A stretch of DNA of 28,102 bases, from positions 1-28,102 of the forward strand of contig JAXFZW010000064.1 in assembly GCA_034184645.1 (NCBI GenBank), in the 5' to 3' direction. Made by a program: the position numbers and the translations under genes. Shown here in pieces: positions 24,368 to 28,102 of the stretch. The notes beneath the pieces are model-generated. The model was not told the origin of the DNA. It was given only the letters and a program-made list of their open reading frames with translations, and did no database searches. The stretch's first letter is position 1, and every line of letters begins with the position of its first letter. This stretch comes from Clostridia bacterium (lineage in GTDB: Bacteria > Bacillota > Clostridia > Christensenellales > Borkfalkiaceae).

Positions 24368-27300
24368 ATGAAAGCCTTAAATAAAAGATTATCTACATTC
24401 AGAAAGGTAGCGGTTACCTGTCTTTTCGCATTGCTTTTGCTTTGCGGGGCAATGTTTGCTCTTGCTCAATCGAACAAAAAGGCTGACGCAACCGAGTGGG
24501 GGACTTTTGCGATTTCCCCGGACGGTGCTCAGGCGTGGAGCTGGTGGGACAATAACGGCGGTAATTATATACCTGCGAGCACGTACGGGACAATGTTCAA
24601 CATCGAAATCGCTCAGGCTTCGATTTTGAACGAGCACAGATTTATGGATATGTCGGTTTCGCCGACAAACTCAATGCTTTGGCTCGGTGCGGGCGACGTT
24701 TTCGCTAACGAACCGCAGGGCAGCGGAAGATTTTTACTCCGCTTTATGTTCAATATGGACAATAAGGGTATTTACGTCTTTATTTACTTGCCGAACGGCG
24801 GTACGGGCGTAAATTACCTTATGAACGTGGCAAACGGCATTTGGCCGGACGCAGGCTACGGTAGTCCGTTTAACTTAAGCCTTCGCATTATTCAGGTAAA
24901 CGGTGTTTGGGACTTATACATAAACGACCACAGCGTAAACGGTGAATTGGGCAACGCATTTTCGACTTACGTCGGCGGTGCGGCGGTTGCGGCGAACAAC
25001 GGTGTGAATTATACCGTATCGAATCCGCAGTCGGCTACAACGAAACAATACTACGTTGCAACCGGTACGTCGCGCGCAATTACCGATGAAGAAATAGTTG
25101 ACTTGCAGTCTCGCTTTAAAATGATGTCCGCTTACGCTGCGGGTATTACGTCTTACTACGGCGCAGCCGGGGAACTTAAAACTTTCTCTGCGTTCGGCGG
25201 ATACTTCGATTTGAATCTTGACGTAAGAAATCGCCCGTGGACGGGTTATTGGTCGCAATTCCAGGTAGGTTTTTCACACGACGCTACTGTGCCGTTTGAT
25301 TATAACGATACGAATATCGACGGTTCGAGATTCTACTTCAACTTTATGATAAATCCGAACGGCGTTTTGTATGTTGCTCCTCACTTTGAATATTCTACGG
25401 GCGACGTCAACGATTGGGCGGAAGTTACGTCGTACGACGCCGCGCCTATTCGTTTGCGCTTTGCGTTTATGGCGAGAAGCGGCGGCTGGGGATTATATAT
25501 CATAGCGAACGATTCTATCGTGCTTGACTATACCACTCAGTTTATTGCCAAAGTCAATCAAAACACCTTTATGGCTGATATAGGAACTTCCGCTCCTAAA
25601 ATAAATATCGGTACCAGGGGCAACCAGAATATGGGCTTCTGCAACTACGCCGACATTTACTTCGTAAACGGTGCGGAATTCAACGGTTACGAAACGAGGG
25701 TAAATCAATCTGCGCTTATGGAAGTGGTTATCGCTTCGCCGGCAACCAAAACTTCGTATTACGACGACGCGAAGCCGATTGCTCAGGGAAAATCGTTTAT
25801 CGATATTCCCGCAAATACCGCTTTTGACGTAAGCTTTAACGTTGAACTCGCTGCGGCGCTTACTTCCGAACAGAAATTCTACGTTTCTTTCGGACCCGAC
25901 GCCGTAGTTATGGACAACAATGCGTCGAGAACAGATACGGGTGCAAATCACTTTATGGTTGCCGTTTCGGTTAATACCGACGGTATAATGCGTGCGCAGA
26001 TTTTATATAACGATCTTAACGGCAATGCGGTTAAACCGCTTAACGACATTTCGCTCGGTAATGCCGGCGCCTTTGCAAACCTTGCCGGCGCTCAATTCGG
26101 TGTAACCATCGGGTTCCACAAAGTTAATACGGCAACGTCCGCCGATAACTACTGGGGCATTTACTTAAACGGTCAGTTGCTTGACGTAATTAACTTCGCT
26201 TACATTATCCACAGGGCCGGTACGGGCTTTATGGAAGGGGCAAACAAAAACATTGCGATTTTAGTTGATTCGTCAAACGGTTTCGGAACTTTCCCCGGTA
26301 ATATCTATCTTACAGGTATTTTCACCGTAGCTCAAACCGCTACCGCTACCGGAACGGTCGTTTCGGTTGCCGACCTTAAAACGGTTGCGGGTACGGACGT
26401 TTTTGCGGACAGCGTTTCGCTTAACAAAAATACGGCGTACTACTACAATGCTACTTCCGCAACTGAAAGCAACGACGTTATTTTCAAAACTACGATTAAC
26501 TATGTTAAAAACGATAATTACGAATATACGATAATGCTCCGTACGGTTACCGATCAGGAAAACGGCGTTCCGACTTTTGTAATCAGAAACAACGTTTTGT
26601 ACCTCGGCTCGATTAATTCTAACGGTTCGCAAAGCACTTTCATTATGAGAAGCGCACCGCTTACCGGCGGAGTGAATTACGAAATTGACTTTGCTGCACT
26701 TACCGTTTCAAACGATACTTCTAAGACCTTGCTTTCCGCAAGAATTATCGAAGTTAATTCGGGTACGGTAAGGGCTGCCGCCGAATGTGTGTACGAACTA
26801 AGTAAAAGTGCCGACTACGGCGTGGTATTAGGCGCAGGCGGAACTACCGCGGTAACCTTCAATTCGCTTTCGCACAGAGTTAAATTTACGGATAAAACGG
26901 GTGCGACTGAAATTTCTTCCGCAAGATACCTTGACGGTGAAACGGGTGCCGCTGCTCCTGCAAGTACGCTTGCTCCGTCAGTTACGAACTATACTTTCCG
27001 AGGATGGGAGGATGACAGCCACGTCGCCTACGTTGCGGGTAGTCCCGTAAAAGCGACTAAAACTTACAAGGCGGCTTACAATTTTACGGCGACAAGTCTT
27101 ATTACGGCGGAAATAAATACCAAACAAGTTAAATATGCTCCGACTTCGCAGATTTGGCTCAGAAACGGTCAGGTCGGCGCGGCGATTATGTTTATTAACA
27201 ACCTTTCAAACTCTTTCTACGAGTATCTTGACGGTCAGGTTGCGAACGGAAATATCACTTCTTATAAAGTAGGTACGCTTATTACAAACAAAACGCTTAC

Positions 27301-27619
27301 CGAATTAACTATGGTGGTAGGCGCAAGCGGCGTCGCTAAATACGAATCCACGGGTTATTTCTTAAACGACTCGGCAAAAGACGCAAAAGTAAGATATATC
27401 GCAAGCGGAATTTACAATATTCCTTCCGCTAATTACGGAACGACGCTTACTTCACGCGTTTACGTTGAAATTACACAAACCAACGGCGAAGTCGTTTATG
27501 CGTACGGTACGTTTAATCGCGGTAGTTTAAGCAATGCGGCAAAAATTGCGATTGAACAGGACGCTGTTTACTATACCCCGGCGCAACGCACGGCGATAAG
27601 TGCTTTTATCGTGGGTTAA
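24368..27619 (+). CDS. 1083-aa secreted protein, paralog of 20393-23749, with a B-repeat-like segment before the conserved C-terminal domain
   Basis: Signal peptide ends KKADA. Blocks shared with the paralog include SGRF..FM.N.D..GIY, GVWD..IND, NGY..R.N.SA.MEV...SPA...SYYDDA, NKNIAI and FPGN.YL. Confidence 0.85.
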   Translation: MKALNKRLSTFRKVAVTCLFALLLLCGAMFALAQSNKKADATEWGTFAISPDGAQAWSWWDNNGGNYIPASTYGTMFNIEIAQASILNEHRFMDMSVSPTNSMLWLGAGDVFANEPQGSGRFLLRFMFNMDNKGIYVFIYLPNGGTGVNYLMNVANGIWPDAGYGSPFNLSLRIIQVNGVWDLYINDHSVNGELGNAFSTYVGGAAVAANNGVNYTVSNPQSATTKQYYVATGTSRAITDEEIVDLQSRFKMMSAYAAGITSYYGAAGELKTFSAFGGYFDLNLDVRNRPWTGYWSQFQVGFSHDATVPFDYNDTNIDGSRFYFNFMINPNGVLYVAPHFEYSTGDVNDWAEVTSYDAAPIRLRFAFMARSGGWGLYIIANDSIVLDYTTQFIAKVNQNTFMADIGTSAPKINIGTRGNQNMGFCNYADIYFVNGAEFNGYETRVNQSALMEVVIASPATKTSYYDDAKPIAQGKSFIDIPANTAFDVSFNVELAAALTSEQKFYVSFGPDAVVMDNNASRTDTGANHFMVAVSVNTDGIMRAQILYNDLNGNAVKPLNDISLGNAGAFANLAGAQFGVTIGFHKVNTATSADNYWGIYLNGQLLDVINFAYIIHRAGTGFMEGANKNIAILVDSSNGFGTFPGNIYLTGIFTVAQTATATGTVVSVADLKTVAGTDVFADSVSLNKNTAYYYNATSATESNDVIFKTTINYVKNDNYEYTIMLRTVTDQENGVPTFVIRNNVLYLGSINSNGSQSTFIMRSAPLTGGVNYEIDFAALTVSNDTSKTLLSARIIEVNSGTVRAAAECVYELSKSADYGVVLGAGGTTAVTFNSLSHRVKFTDKTGATEISSARYLDGETGAAAPASTLAPSVTNYTFRGWEDDSHVAYVAGSPVKATKTYKAAYNFTATSLITAEINTKQVKYAPTSQIWLRNGQVGAAIMFINNLSNSFYEYLDGQVANGNITSYKVGTLITNKTLTELTMVVGASGVAKYESTGYFLNDSAKDAKVRYIASGIYNIPSANYGTTLTSRVYVEITQTNGEVVYAYGTFNRGSLSNAAKIAIEQDAVYYTPAQRTAISAFIVG

Positions 27620-27632
27620 GGAGGGAATTAAA

Positions 27633-27803
27633 ATGAAAAACGTTCTTAATGATAAGAAAATCAAAAATTACGAAAAACCCTCTGCTGAAATGTTTTATTT
27701 TGCCAACAAACCGCTAAACGTTTTATTCGTTTCTCAAGGAGACGGTCAAGGAACGGTTGACGGCGGCGGTTGGGGAGATATGAACGACAACAACAACGGA
27801 TAA
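27633..27803 (+). CDS. 56-aa YEKP/Gly-rich peptide MKNVLNDKKIKNYEKPSAEMFYFANKPLNVLFVSQGDGQGTVDGGGWGDMNDNNNG
   Basis: SD AAGGAGGG overlaps the upstream stop codon, and ATG is at 27633. Confidence 0.85.
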   Translation: MKNVLNDKKIKNYEKPSAEMFYFANKPLNVLFVSQGDGQGTVDGGGWGDMNDNNNG

Positions 27804-27871
27804 TTTGCCAACAAAACAAATCAGTATGGCGCATTAAATTTTGACAATACAATGATAAGGGAATCACAATT

Positions 27872-28102
27872 ATGAAAAAGACAATTAAATTGTATTTAAC
27901 AGCCTTTTTAACCGCTCTTTTACTTGCTATGGCTACGCTTTTCGGTTTAACGGCATTTAAGGTTCAGGCGAACGCAGAAGAAGGCACGGCTACGACTACG
28001 TACTCGTGTAGTTCTACCGCTTTCCAAAGACTTGTTGCCGTTGAAGGAACTGCGCCGAACAGGAAAATAACGGTTGAAGTTGCCATTTACTGCTTGCTTC
28101 CG
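27872..28102 (+). CDS. secreted protein, 3'-truncated by the window edge
   Basis: MKKTIKLYLTAFLTALLLAMATLFGLTAFKVQANA-EEGTATTTYSC... is a Sec signal with an ANA site. The frame is open to the end of the window. Confidence 0.8.
   Translation, partial: MKKTIKLYLTAFLTALLLAMATLFGLTAFKVQANAEEGTATTTYSCSSTAFQRLVAVEGTAPNRKITVEVAIYCLLP

Noticed and set aside
17702-24500. Lipoboxes in the signal peptides of the three surface proteins (AVSC, FLGC, LLLC)
   Set aside because: They match [LVI][ASTVI][GAS]C poorly, and each is followed by more hydrophobic residues and a clear A-x-A SPase I site.
23787-27803. The peptides as canonical lasso-peptide or bacteriocin precursors
   Set aside because: YxxP is present, but there is no clean T-x-G leader/core junction in both, no double-glycine leader consensus, and no B/C enzymes or peptidase-ABC exporter in the window. 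This is kept only as an alternative hypothesis.
27699-27815. 12-nt direct repeat TTTGCCAACAAA at 27699 and 27804
   Set aside because: There are only two AT-rich copies with no associated element, so it is compatible with chance.
34-27867. Many antisense or alternative-frame ORFs in the six-frame track (e.g. 7057-7752, 14092-14580, 25493-25951, 6541-6741)
   Set aside because: They are fully shadowed by well-supported genes or the tRNA, and have no SD or family motifs.

Overview
This window comes from a low-to-moderate GC anaerobic Firmicute. My inference is class Clostridia, probably an uncultured gut lineage; no taxonomic marker is present. Bases 1-8,170 are mostly housekeeping: 5'-truncated ricT/PSP1, 2[4Fe-4S] ferredoxin, tRNA m6A37-type methyltransferase, rsmI, dut, an ArsB/NhaD-family permease, a YjjG HAD nucleotidase, an ACT protein, an SDR, tRNA-Arg(CCG) and cardiolipin synthase. 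From about 8,190 to the end lies an accessory locus. A cupin-AraC regulator is divergent from a ~10.6 kb operon encoding a CUT1 solute-binding protein, a membrane-anchored Ig-like protein, two permeases, a nucleoside hydrolase, two paralogous uncharacterised glycosidase-like proteins (one lipoprotein, one cytoplasmic) and a surface protein with a Gly-Cys/TM/basic C-terminal tail. Two duplicated transcription units follow. Each has a promoter, a ~1,100-aa secreted protein with repeated beta-rich domains and a shared C-terminal domain, and a 51-56 aa 'YEKP...VL..S + Gly-rich tail' peptide. One of these peptides is missing from the supplied ORF track. The window ends inside another secreted protein. 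No mobile element, CRISPR array or rRNA is supported. All family assignments come from motif recognition by eye, not database searches.
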